Source of the DNA: the human T2T-CHM13v2.0 reference genome, Homo sapiens
Length of the DNA stretch: 64,000 nucleotides
Reading direction: 5' to 3'
NCBI GenBank assembly: GCA_009914755.4
Contig: CP068257.2
Location: 16,704,001 to 16,768,000, forward strand
The notes beneath the pieces were generated by a model. The model did not search any database, was not told the DNA's origin, and saw only the letters and a program-made list of their open reading frames with translations. Shown here piece by piece: positions 15,590-27,992 of this stretch (its first letter is position 1; each line of letters starts with the position of its first letter). Position numbers and translations under genes: made by a program.

Positions 15590-16640
15590 TGTATGTGTTT
15601 TCTTGTGGTGAACACCACATAATATGATATCTACTCTCTTAAATTTTTAAGTGTACAGTGCAGTATTGCCGGTTATGAACACAATGATGTACAGCAGATC
15701 TCTAGAACTCTTTCAGGACTGAAACTCTGTATCACTGAATGACAACTTCCCATTGCTTAGTCCTCCCAGCCCCTGGCAATCACCATTCTCCTTTCATTTC
15801 CATGAGTTTAACTACTTTCTATGCTTCATGTAAATGAATTCATGCAGTATTTATCTCTCTGTGACTGGCTTATTTCACTTAGCATAATGTTCTCAAGGTT
15901 CTTCTATGTTGTATGATATACAAGATTTCCTTCTTTATGACTGAGTAATATTCATATATATATCACATTTCCTTTGTTCAATCATCGGATTATGGACACT
16001 CACGTTCTTTTTACCTTTTGTTTATTGTAACTAATGCTGAAATGAACATGGGAGTGCAGATATTTCATTCAGATAAATATTCAGAATTGGGAATGCTGGA
16101 TCAGGTGGGAATTCTATTTTTAATTTTTTGAGGAACCTGCACACTGTTCTCCATAGCAGCTGCACCATTTCAGGTCTTCTCGATATCATTTGTGGAAAAA
16201 GACTATCCTTTCCCCTTTGTGTTGTCTTAGCACCCTCGTGGAAGATCATTTGATCATATATGTGAGGCTTTATAGTGGGCTTTCTATTCTGTCTATGTGT
16301 TTGTCTTTTTGCCAGTACGTTACAGTTTTGATTACTATAGCTCTGTAATATATTTTGAAATCAGGAAGTGTGAGACCCCAGGTTTGTTATTTTTTCAGTT
16401 TGTTCTGGCTATTCAGGTTTTGTTGTGATTCCATATACATTTTTGGATTTTTTTTCTATTTCTGTAAAAAACCTCCATTGGTATTTTACAGGGCTTGCAT
16501 TTGATCTGTACATCACTTTCGGTAGTATGAACATTTTAATTATGTTAAATTGTCCAATTCATGTATATTGTTCATACCATCAAGATGACAGCTATCATAT
16601 TCTATAATTGTTATTTACATACTTAAATGTCTTTCCTAAC
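15590..16640 (-). mobile_element. L1 LINE 3' fragment (ORF2 C-terminal region plus 3' UTR), 5'-truncated and old (L1M/L1PB-like). Its 3' terminus lies about 70 nt upstream of the exon 8 acceptor.
   Basis: The reverse complement matches the L1 3' end: gaaccttgagaacattatgctaagtgaaataagccagtcacagag..., ...cccctggcaa.caccattct...ttaagtgtacag... ORF-track entry 16031..16249(-) is ORF2-like (KDSLFPQMISRRPEMVQLLWRTVCRFLKKLKIEFPPDPAFPILNIY). Confidence 0.88.
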
Positions 16641-18439
16641 AGAATTTATATGACTCAAGGACAGGGATTAATTCATTCATTCCTGTATTATCTAATACTT
16701 TGTAGAAACTAGTGCATGCTATTGATATAAAAAAATAATGTATCTAGCTGCTGGTATAAGAGCATAGAAGGAAAAGTGTGACAGGTTCATCAGAAAATTT
16801 AAATTAGATATTTAAACTATTTTCATTTTCAGATAATAGTTTCAGAGAGGGGAGACTTAGTGGAACCTCTATTTACAACTCCACTGTCTCATTAAAGTGT
16901 TATAATCAGAAATGTAAATAACTCCTCCAAGTGCTTTGTAAGTACCAAGTTTCTCTGAACTCCTTGGAAGGGAGATGGCTAAAAGAAATAAAAGTGTGTA
17001 CGGGAGAAAACATCTAAGGCTCCTTGGGCATGAGTTTGGCTAGATCATCTGCAAATGGACCCAGGAAAGGATTAAAAAGGCTAGTAATACTTAAGAGATT
17101 TAGTTTCCAAGGCCAAGCAGGAGCCCTGAGAAGTGGTCTGGCCTCTGACTCTGGCCATGGAGGATACTGAGTGAACAAGGCCTACAGGCAGGGACATGGC
17201 AAGATTGGCTTTTAGGTTCACCACCAGCAGTAATGTGGCCAATAAGGCAATCAAGGACATTCTTCACAGAGTTAGTTAATTTTTGAAAGTCTAAAAGTCA
17301 TTGTTGAGAACTGTTCATTTGTGGCAAGACCTCAGGTTGATCAAACACCATACTATAATTATGGCCAGTGGGGTGGAGTTCAGGGCTGAAGTTTAGTCTT
17401 CAAGTAGTGGGGTTGGTGTTAGTGCAATGGCAGCTACTAGCAGGGCAGCATTAAAAGACAACTAAGCAGAAACTCAGATTTTTGGACCTACTGGTGTTTG
17501 CTGTAAGGGAGATAAAGTTAGAGTGGTGGTAGGTTATTAAAAAAAAAACAAACCCAAAGCATAAACCTATAGACTTCAGCCCTGAGTATCAGATTCAGCA
17601 GTTCCAGAGTGTATTTTGGAATGTATATTTTGAGAAGCTCCAAGGGCGATTATGATGAGCTCTTAGGTTTGAGGGCCCTTGAAGTATGATAGGTAAATGC
17701 AGGAGATGCTACACTCATGGCTACTCTAAGACATGTCTGGTAACCACCGGCAGAGGTAAGGGGATCAAGGTGAGAGAGCAGAAGATCATCCCAGAGTAGA
17801 CAGAGAAGGAAAGTAAAGCTAAGTTTGAAGCTGTTTAAATTCTGCCTCTGTTATGTCAGTTCAAGGACTGGGGGAGTGAGCCTGCTGGTGAGACCTTTAG
17901 AGAATCTGGAGTCAAGCTGGAATAGACAGAGATGGAAGAAAGAGGCAGACTTGAGAGATGATTTCTTAACTAAAGTTCTGGTGTGCCTGGGCAAGAATAT
18001 GGTGAGTGTTTTTTCATCTGATGTTTTCAAGCTGTCAATCTAAGGAACGCAAGCATGAGGAGCCCCCTAGGACGCTTTGCTTTCAGAGGACCTCTGCTTT
18101 TCCAAAATAGATATTTGGAGGTAGAAGAGACAAAAAAGTGCAGACGATTTTCCACCTCCTTCTGATTCAGAAAATTCAACTCACTTCCAATAAAACCACA
18201 GGGATTTATAAAAGTAAGATTAATTGGAGAACATAATCAGATTTTGTTATAATATTAGATATTTCAGTTACCTTCTGATTTTTTGAAGGGATTAAATTAA
18301 ATTTCTTTAAATTTAATTTATACACTTTGTATTATTGTGTCAGTAGTTAATATTTTTATAGACCACTTTTATTGAGCATTTAATATGTGGCTAAGCACTT
18401 TACATTCATTATCATATTTAATAATGACTTCTTTGAACA

Positions 18440-18640
18440 TAGTATTTAGAGATGTGGAATTCTACAGACACAGAAATTTGGAGTCAAAGAGGTTTACTCA
18501 TTTGCCTGAGATCACACATCTTGATCTGATGATGTGTGAAGATCTTGATCTGAAGATCTTAATCTGAAGAAGTTAGATTTGAACCCACACAAACTGTCTC
18601 CAATAACTATATTCTTAACTATTGGCTGTATGCTAACTGT
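18440..18640 (+). mobile_element. MIR SINE fragment with a small internal gatcttgatctga duplication.
   Basis: MIR core reading aggtttactcatttgcctgagatcacaca ... agatttgaacccacacaaactgtctccaataactatattcttaactattggctgtatgc. Confidence 0.55.
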
Positions 18641-20794
18641 GGTCTTAATGTAATTCAAAGGATGAGCTGGTCCTGCTCAAAATATAGTTTAATTGCATCT
18701 TAAACATTTCTCCTATATTTAATTGATCTTAAACCTTATAGAAAAATTATTGTCTTTAGTCTCATCTGATCACTATTGGGAAAGAAAACAACTATTTGAT
18801 ACAATGCATCACTAATATAATAATCAACTTTGAGAAAAAATAGATTATTTGTGTGATTAATTAAATCATCATTTTAGCATAAAGTACACTGTTTTGGGGT
18901 AACATCTTAGGTTCTTCAGGTTTTTAAAATAATCCATTTATCAATCATAGATTTCTTAAAATAGTTTCAAAAATTAAGTAATGGAAAGAAACTAAAAACA
19001 ATAGGGCCATAACATTTTTAATTAATATAGGATAATTTTTGCGTAAAGGACATTATCATTACAGCAGAAGTTTATTGTGTGTTCTGCTCATAAACCCTCT
19101 AAATGTGACCTGTCTTTATTAAGAAGTGAACTTAGCAATTAAATTATTTTTATTTGGTATTAATAAAATTTCAAAGATTGCATAAAAAATAGTTGTGTAC
19201 CCAATTATGCAGATTAGTTACAGTCTTTCCATTTTCAGTGAAAGATATTTAAGATTTTCTACAGCTTTCTATTGACATTTTAAATAAGTGCTAGAGTTAA
19301 TATTTTATTTTCCTAATGACCAATGCTAATAGACATTTATAAATGCTTCTTTTAAGTTTGAAGTGATTATGTGTGTGTGTGTGTTTCTGCATCAGAAAAA
19401 TGCTTTATATAGATATATAAACACATACAAATGTAGGTTGAAAACAATATTCTCCAACTTGGTTAATTTTTCAATTGGCAAGAATTACTTAGAACTGCCA
19501 TTTTTAATTCATAGTCTTATTTTTGACACACCAATAGCATGTTATCTAGAGCAGGAAACAAAGGAAATTGTGTTTTTAGTTGTATTACATATCTCTCAAG
19601 GGGCTGCACTCCAAATCGAAATAAAAAATAAAGGGATACTCTTCTTTCCTTGAACAATGCCAAGTAAGTGTGTATAGAACAATCTTTTTCTCACATCTCC
19701 TCTCTGGGATATGTCTACCTGGGTGATTAGTTATTGGGCCATTTCATACTGTTTGGCAAGAACCTGAGGCTCTGACTTTTAACTTTCTTTAATCAGCTAT
19801 TATATGTCAATATAATGTATCATAAATATAATCATCAATATCAATCATCATCAATATAATATAATCACAATGATTAAAATTATACTATAGGTCAGACTGG
19901 TAAACCATAATCCCATCTAGCTATTAATAGAAATGAACTAATTAGAATATAATTTTTCATAGTGAATTCTATGGAGCACTTATTCTGCATGCTCTGTTGG
20001 GGAAATATTCAGTATTTTAACAAGAAAGTTTTCATTGGAGACTTACATCGCATGTTAACATATTTAAGGCTATAAGAAGTCCTACTTTTAAGAGTTTTAA
20101 TAAGTTTATTTCAGGATCTCTTATATTTATGTGAGTACAAATTCTTTTTATCCTTGGAATATCCGGAAGGAACTTAAGGTGTTCCTTGTCTATGAAAATG
20201 CTTAGGTAAACTTTAAGGTAGATCAGCTATCAGCAGCCTAATTATTTTGATTATCTTCATGATTGGGTTGGTTAATTGAATTAAGAATGTGGAGGTGAAA
20301 TACATATTGACTGATCCAAATGTCTTTCAAGATATAGTAAGAAAGACATGTATAGAGGCTGTTCCCTGCTCTTAATCTGCTGTAACTGAATCACACCTTT
20401 AGAGATTTCCACATGGTAAGCAGCAAAATGAGAAAGAAAATATTTTATAGACAAATGCAGAAGATGCGAAATTCTACTTCTCACGATACACAGACATACA
20501 TGTATGTTGTTTGCCTGGCCGCACATGAATAATGTCCACCACAGAAAAATAAACTTGCTTCAGAACCCAATGAGATGACCCCACTTATTAGACAGTATTG
20601 TTCATAGCACAGAATAGCTTTTTAAAAGGTTAAAAATGATAGTATAGTTTTTTGTACAGTTTTTCAGTTGGGAGGTTTTTGCTTCATAGTTAATGAAAAC
20701 AATGATTCTTTAAAAAACTACTGAAAGCAATAAGACGTTGCATCAGAAAAACGCTTTATGACTTAAGAACAGAAAATATAAGATCTTGTATTAC

Positions 20795-20903
20795 CGTATG
20801 ATCCACTGGCAGACAACACTTGTTTCAGAAGGTTTTGGATAATGAGTAGCCTGGAAAGACCCAGATGATCCAGTTAACAAAAATCTTCCATCACAAACTG
20901 TGG
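20795..20903 (-). CDS. TMPRSS15: TMPRSS15 exon 7, 109 nt, encoding the first part of CUB1, (A)TVCDGRFLLTGSSGSFQATHYPKPSETSVVCQWII(R).
   Basis: The reverse complement reads ccacagtttgtgatggaagatttttgttaactggatcatctgggtctttccaggctactcattatccaaaaccttctgaaacaagtgttgtctgccagtggatcatacg. The acceptor is ttttgcag|cc and the donor is atacg|gtaatac. Confidence 0.93.
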
Positions 20904-21105
20904 CTGCAAAACGATGCCAATTAATGTTAGACAAAAACAATCTTGGGATTCAAATTGGCTGCAAAACATTTCACAGAATATTCATGGCAAAACCTGTACA
21001 AGGTTATTTTATGAAACTGAAATGATAGTAAGATTTCATGTTTGAAACCTATTAGCCATGTTCAAATACTCATACACATCCTATCGTGAAATATTTTGGA
21101 AAAAT

Positions 21106-21400
21106 TCTTTCTTTCTCTCTCTCTCTTTCTCTCTTTCTTTCTCCTTCCTTTTCCCTTGCTTCCTTCCTTCCTTCCCTCCCTCCCTCCCTTCCTTCTTTCC
21201 TTCCTTTTCTCTCTTTCTTTCTCTCTCTTTCTCTCTCTCTTTTTCCTTCCTTCCTTCTTTCCTTCCTTTTCTCTTTCTTTCTCTCTCTTTCTCTCTCTCT
21301 TTTTCCTTCCTTCCTTCCTTCCTTCCTTCCTTCCTTCCTTCCTTCCTTCCTTCCTACCTTCTCTCTCTCTCTTTCTTTCTCTTCTTTCTCTTTTTTCCTT
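21106..21400. repeat. Polypyrimidine (+ strand) / polypurine (gene strand) compound microsatellite (TCTC)n(TTCC)n(CTTT)n, about 295 bp. It grew from the poly-T end of the adjacent reverse-orientation Alu.
   Basis: Direct reading of ctctctctttctctctttctttctccttcc...(ccttccttccttcc)n...tttttttttttttt. This explains the poly-S/L/F and poly-K/E/R ORFs at 21058..21520. Confidence 0.95.
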
Positions 21401-21690
21401 TTTTTTTTTTTTTTTGAGACAGAGTTTCGCTCTTGTTGCGTGTGCTGGAATGCAACGGCGCGATCTCGGCTCACTGCCTCCTGTGTTCAAGTGATTCTCC
21501 TGCCTCAGCCTCCGGAGTAGCTGGGATTACAGGCGGCGGTCACCACGCCCGGATAATTTTTGTATTTTTAGTAGAGACGGGGTTTCACCATGTTGGCCAG
21601 GCTGGTCTCGATCTCCTGACCATAGGTGATCTGCACTCCTAGGACTCCCAAAATGCTGGGATTACAGGCGTGAGCCACTGCGCCATGCCC
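21398..21690 (-). mobile_element. AluS/Y SINE in reverse orientation.
   Basis: Reads tttttgagacagagtttcgctcttgttgcgtgtgctggaatgcaacggcgcgatctcggctcactgc...gggattacaggcgtgagccactgcgccatgccc. Confidence 0.92.
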
Positions 21691-24600
21691 AAAAGCATTG
21701 TCTTTCTAAACACCCTTCCCTAAGCTGCACTTTAAGTGTATTCTTCCATATTTGCAAGGAAATAAATATATCTGAATTGAAAACTGCCAGTTCAGACAAA
21801 TAACCAGTCATTTTTTGTCTTATTTTTATAATTAAATTGGAGCTAGGTGAATTTCAAATATATGTACAAAGTGCTATGTTTTCTTGAAAAAGATTAGAAT
21901 AAGGCCAGGAAAATGTTAGTACTAGTGGCCTATACAGAATTCCATCCAACAAATCTGTTAGTCCATCTTTTAAAGCTCATTACTCTTGCTCCTTTGGGAG
22001 ATAACTAGTTCAATGTTTTCTATATTTTCATTCAATACTCCTGATTAAGCCTTTTGCTTTCCATAATTACTCATTTTCCTCTTTTGGTTTTCATAGTAGA
22101 TTTATTTCATGAATCTCTCCTTAATGTCATGCATTATTAGTTGCCTTTAATTTATATCTGAATAGATTCCAACTAGATTAAAATCTTCTTGAAGGCATGA
22201 ACCAGGAGCCATAACTTAGAGATTTTTGTTTTTTTCATACACTTGCTATGTATAGTATATGCAAAAATCCACCTTGATTTTCACAACTTTTAGTCTTTCT
22301 TACATTATTTTCCTTCTAGTTAGTTACTTGGTTATGTTGACACAATATTCTAAAATTATGACCCTTACAATGTGTCTTTTTCTCTGCATAGATTAAAAAT
22401 TCTTCATACGGAGAAACATTAATGGAGGTTAGAAAAATCAAAGTAATATGTCAAAATTAATTTGCTGTGTTTGGAATCTGAGTGTTTAGAATAAGCTAAT
22501 TCTAAACTGAGCTATGAAAAAGCTCATCGTAAAATTATAAAGTGATTCTATCAAATTACATAATACAAGCTATTTTATGACAAAATATTTTATGTATATA
22601 AAATAAATACATTAAAAATTAGATAGCAAATAGAAATCTTGATTAAAATATCATGTGTTTATTGGGTTTTTGCTTTTTTTTGGTATATATATATTTTCAG
22701 GTGCATAAAAATTTACTTTGGTAACTTAAGTTTATTATTCAAAGTCTGCTTAAAAACAATGGCCTAGGAATTAATTCATTAGCTTATGATTTGGTAACCT
22801 GATTTCCAGAAGAAAAAAAGAACGAAAATAAGAAAAGAAAAGATAACAAGTCAAGAAGCAAGGATTAAATTCTGAACAATCCGGCACAGATCACAGGAAA
22901 GAAAGAAAAATAGTGGTTTGTTAACTGAATTGCCTTATGCATAATGATTACTGCAACAAACAAAGAAAATTAAGGCTAATTTGTCATGATTTGAAGATAG
23001 ATAGTAAAATATGTGACTTTTTAATGACTTGCTAAATAATTTTCCAGTTGTAAAAGCAAATCTCTTTTCTCACCTTCAACGCTCTTTTCCACTGTAAACC
23101 ATGCCAAACAAGCAGGGCAATTAATGCCTTACATTCAAAGACCATAAAAACAAAAATGGCATTTGCTTGCATTTTATGTGGTATATAAAGCTTTTAAATC
23201 ACAGTTTGTCGAGAAATAACATGGACTCAAAGATTGTAGACAGTGTAGTAAAGTCTACTGCTATTGTAAAGTTTATATTTGAGTTACAATACTTAGGAAG
23301 CAATGAGGTAGGGTGCTCAATCTTATCAGTGCTAAAATATAACTGCCAACATTTATAGAGTGTTTACTATGTGCCGGTCATTTTCTAAAGTTATTATATA
23401 TGTATGAATGTAATTTGCATAACAACTCTATGATGTTATGGGGGAAACTGAGGCACATATGGGTTAAATAACAACCATAAGGCCTCCTAGCTTACAAGCA
23501 ACAATTTAAAGCAAGGCAGCCTTATTCTAGAGCATACTGTGGTATATTGCCTAATATCACAATATATATATACATCTATCACTATCGCAATGACATCACC
23601 CACTCTTTGAACTGAAAAGCAGGGGGGAAAGCATAAATAAAAGAAGAAACAGAAAATTTTTTAAAGATTTCCATCTTTTTCAATGTTCTTAAAGTTAGAA
23701 TACAGATCACATTTGCAATAATATTCCAGAACAAATAGGAGGATGCAAAAGAGACACACACAGAGAGAGAAAGGGAACAAAACAAGATCCCTTTAAGCAT
23801 CTGTAAAAACCTGTTTGTAAAGCTGATAAAATTTTAGTCATTTTTCCCACCTGTTCACTACGCATTTTTTTGGGAAAGGTATCAACAGCTTTGCGCTGCA
23901 CAATGTGATTCATGATTTCCAGAAAGCCATGTTACGTCTCTAGTTTCAAAGATGGTTCTATGTTTGACAAACCCTCTTTCAGTTCTTTCCTGAGCACATG
24001 ACTAAACTACACTTCCCCAAATCCCTTGGAGTCAGATAAGGTCATGTGACTGAGTTGGCCGATGAACGATTGTAAAAGTCACTGTGTCTATTTCCAAATA
24101 TGGTTTCTGAACATATCTGTAACATTCTTCCTTTGTCAGTCAGCTGGTTGTGAAGGATCCAGTAGAGGACTCTGGGGGCAGAGAGAGTGGCAAGTAAGGA
24201 GCAGGCATCCTGAATGCCTAGAGCACAACCCTTTGCCATCTTTCTTGCACCGTGATATAGGTGATAAATAAACTGTTATTGTTAAGATTGTTTATCATAG
24301 TATTTAGCCTGTCCTAAAGAATATGATCAATTTTCCTGTCCAGTATTCTATCATGTTACTAAGTTTTAGTGGGAATGGATACTCCACAGGTCAAATTCTG
24401 CTCTAACGAGGCTCTAGTCAATTCCTGCATTCAAGCAAATATAGAGAATATTCCTAAATGTATTTAAAATAAAATTACAGGAGTATTGAAGTATTTCTAA
24501 TAGCAACGCTCAGAATGCCAAAATATTATCTTCTCAAGACAGAGGCTTGTGTAAGGCACTTTCTTATACATTTTTTTCATTTAATTTCAGGATGTTTCTG

Positions 24601-26720
24601 GAGAACCTGATAGTGCAAATGACCATGAATGAAGCAGGATAGGTTTTCAGGAAAAAATATATGACCCAGTTGTGGATGAGTAGGATGACTGGGTGTTTAG
24701 GATTGTGACTTATTAGACTGTGCAGTGCTTTCTAGTGCAGCATCAGAAAAAAAAATCTAAGTAGAACATAAATGAGCCTGTCAAATTATAGCAGCCATTC
24801 GATTGCACTATCAGAAATGTTGCCTGTAATAGGATGGAACACATAAGGGTAAGCACTTAGGACCCACGAAGAACTCCCTCTGCTGGCTGAATATTCACTA
24901 ATTGTGTCTTTGCTCATGGCATTCAAATCTCCAGGATATATAAATCAAACATGATCTATGCTCACCCACCAAGCTGTATTATGCATATACACGTGAGGCA
25001 TACAAACTATGAGAACACTTGCCAACTTCCAAAGAGTTAAGCATTGGCTTAAAGGCTGTGAATCAGCATCTTTCCTTTTCATAGGTCAGCTAAAAAGTGA
25101 ACTTTCCTGCTGATGTAATTCTAATCAGAAGACGAAAACAATTTAAAGAAATCTTGTTTCAGCTATAGTCAGCTGTAAGTGTGCAAACCTAAATAACTAA
25201 AGAGTAAAAGAGGAAGTTGCATGAGGAAGACAATGTTAGTATGACTATCAATAACACAAACCAGAATTAGAGCTCACAGCTGGAGCAAAAAAATAAATAA
25301 ATCAATAAGAGAGAGAGAGAGAGTAAAGGTAAACTTCATATTGGAAAAATTCTCTTAAATTAGTTTTATAAATTTTTCCATGAATATAGATTGATGGACA
25401 GTGGCTTTCAGGTGGAAATAATGCTGCTGGAAGTTTGAGCTGGTGCTGAAAGTCATTAGGCTTGTGGGCTCACCATAATCAATGAATGAAGCAACTTAAA
25501 ATGAATAAAGCAACTTGTACTCTTAAATTCTCTCTGGATAAAAATAGATTCATTGATTGATTTAAACAATATTATCCCACAAATAATTCGAATTTATTTA
25601 CCAAAATAGATATAATACTTACTTAAACAAAAAAAAAAAAAAAAAAGAAAATCAAGAAAATGGAAAGTGACGGTGTGTAAGCTTGAGAGAGTTAGTGACA
25701 TGAAAGGCTGGTCACTACTAAGGTTCAATTAACAAAAAGTCTTCATGTTACTAAAAAGTAACAACGCAGTTTGACTATATTTTTAAAGCAAATTAAGATA
25801 ATTACTTCCATTCTAATACTGAGGCTCATCTCCTGAGTTTAGAGTGGCTCATAAAAATGATTCATAGCATTAAAACTTATTTTAGGACAAATTATCACAC
25901 TTACATGATATTCCTATGGTTCATTTTTATATGCACTGATATTAGTTCATCATGAAAATTATGAACTCCATGAGCATAATAACAAAATAATAGGTACAGT
26001 ACATTTTTCAATTATTTGATTCATATATTTTGGTAGTTATGCCTTTTCCTCTATTTAAGGATATTGATCATCATTATATTGGCTTAAAGCCATGTGTCTA
26101 AGTTGACATACACTATTATTTTTGAAACAGAAATCAGCATCACCTTTGTTACCTCATGATGGCACACTTGCATCATATTCTCCCTGAAAAGATTTTGGAA
26201 AATGCCTGAAAGCCACAGCAAAGCAAGAACATTGCTTTCTTCTTCTTTGAGTAACTTAGTTATATAAAATAGATTAAAAATATTCCGCAGCCTGCACTTT
26301 CTTCCAATATGTTCTGAGTGTACTTCAAAGTCTGTAGTTAAACTTTAAAGGTCTGAATTTTATCCAAGAACATTTGCATCGGGATTGCTTAGTGGAAATC
26401 TCTGTAGTAGAGTTGCCTTTCATTGAGTTGGTACCGGGAAACAGACCAAATGCCTGGCTTTTAAAATGTGTACTAAGTGGATAGGTAGCTTTTAAAACTT
26501 TGGTCGTTATTAGAATATTCATCTTTAATTACTATCAAGCAAGATGAGAAAAGTGTAACAAATAATAGAAAAGTGTAGCAAATAGTAACTATGGTCTTTA
26601 ACACACTTTGGGCACTAACTGTATTTATAGTCAGTTTTAAAACTGATTATAAGCCATACCAAAAAATGTGCAGTTAATACTGTTAAATAAAACAAAATAT
26701 CAGTTAGACTTATCCAAAGT

Positions 26721-27015
26721 CAGCAGTCTCCCCTTATCCACAGGGGATATTTTCTAAGACCTCCAGTGGATGCCTGAACCATGGATAGTACTGACCCCTA
26801 TATCTACTATGTTTTTTCCTATACATACACACCTACCATAGGAGATTAACAGCAATAATCACTAATAAAATAGAACAATTATAACAATACTCAGAATGAT
26901 GTGCAATTTTATACTTATACATTGTTTATTTCTGGAATTTTCCATTTACTGTGTGTCCTGTGGTTGACAGCAGGTAGTTGAAACTGTGGAAACCACTAAT
27001 AAGGGAGAACTACTG
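26721..27015. mobile_element. Internally deleted Tigger-family (TcMar/pogo) DNA transposon, MER44-like, about 295 bp.
   Basis: The termini are cagcagtctccccttatccacaggggatattttctaagacctccagtggatgcctgaaccatggatagtactgacccctatat... and ...gaaactgtggaaaccactaataagggagaactactg. They match the CAGTAGTCCCCCCTTATCCGCGG...GGATAAGGGGGGACTACTG inverted termini of Tigger-derived MITEs. Family naming is from memory. Confidence 0.55.
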
Positions 27016-27754
27016 TAGTTCTATGTGGAAATCTTCTTAAATGTGTTACACACAGAAACAAATTACCTATTTAGATGCTGCTTTCTAGTAAACTTTTCTA
27101 AGTGGAATCCAGCTATGAAATGAAGAAATAAGTAAAAGAGTAAATACGTTTAAATCAACTAGAGCCATGCTTGGTATATGGTAACTGCTACTTAAGTGTC
27201 AAATAGTAATAATAATGGTAAAATAATGTTATTGTCATTAACACTCAAAAAATGCCAAAATATACAAATGAAACACAGAAGTTTTACTTATGAGGCATTA
27301 AGTTCTTATTCATATCTTATTTCTACTATTTATAGAACTACAAGAGGCAAATAAAAGGAACAGTCAAAATTTTAATATGGTGCTCAGTGAGTTAGGTACT
27401 GTTAAAATGTTGAAAGAAAAAGACTGATATGATAGTGAAAAAACATGAAAACCATTAGTAAGAAGTGAGAATGTCTATCACAGAAGTCAAATTAATAATA
27501 GTTTGGATTAGTTTAATATAGAGAAGAGATGAAAATGTAGCAACACCCATCCCCACATTTATGACAGACATTGTTAATCACATCTTCCTTTCTGTAGTGA
27601 TCAAATGGAATTCTGTTTAATTAATTAATATCTTTAATATTATTTATAAAGTTTAGGAAAATATTAATAAAATTATTTTAAGATTTTGTATTATATTTTA
27701 AAAATAGCTATTTAAATAGCTCATTCTTCAGTAGTTTCAGGTATTTGAGATTAG

Positions 27755-27755
27755 A

Positions 27756-27808
<53 letters not shown>
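27755..27808. repeat. (TG)26 on the + strand, equal to (CA)26 on the TMPRSS15 strand. It starts 53 nt downstream of the exon 6 donor.
   Basis: Direct reading of gaatgtgtgtgtgtg...tgtgtgtctacag. Confidence 0.97.
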
Positions 27809-27860
27809 TACAGTGAGGGAGGATAAAACAGAAGGGGAGAGAGTAGGGGGGAGAACTTAC

Positions 27861-27992
27861 CACACATTTTATTGTCTTCGTCAGAACCATCTGGACAGTT
27901 TACTTCTCCATCACAAAATAAATCAGCTTTTATACACGTTAGAGCATCAGTACAAGGACTTGAACCAGGCAGGCACTCTATTGAGACATTTC
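27861..27992 (-). CDS. TMPRSS15: TMPRSS15 exon 6, 132 nt, encoding the LDL-receptor class A domain (G)NVSIECLPGSSPCTDALTCIKADLFCDGEVNCPDGSDEDNKMC.
   Basis: Reverse-complement translation shows the six-Cys LDLa pattern with the DGSDE calcium cage. The acceptor is ttttttaaag|gaaatg and the donor is atgtgtg|gtaagttctc. Confidence 0.94.

Noticed and set aside
16031-16249. 72-aa minus-strand ORF with an L1 ORF2-like sequence
   Set aside because: It is a remnant of a truncated, decayed L1, not an intact gene. The same applies to the ORFs at 56265..57253 in the other L1.
21058-21520. Overlapping 119-144 aa ORFs on both strands encoding poly-S/L/F or poly-K/E/R peptides
   Set aside because: They are translations of the (TCTC/TTCC/CTTT)n polypyrimidine microsatellite and the adjacent Alu. 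This is low-complexity sequence, not coding.
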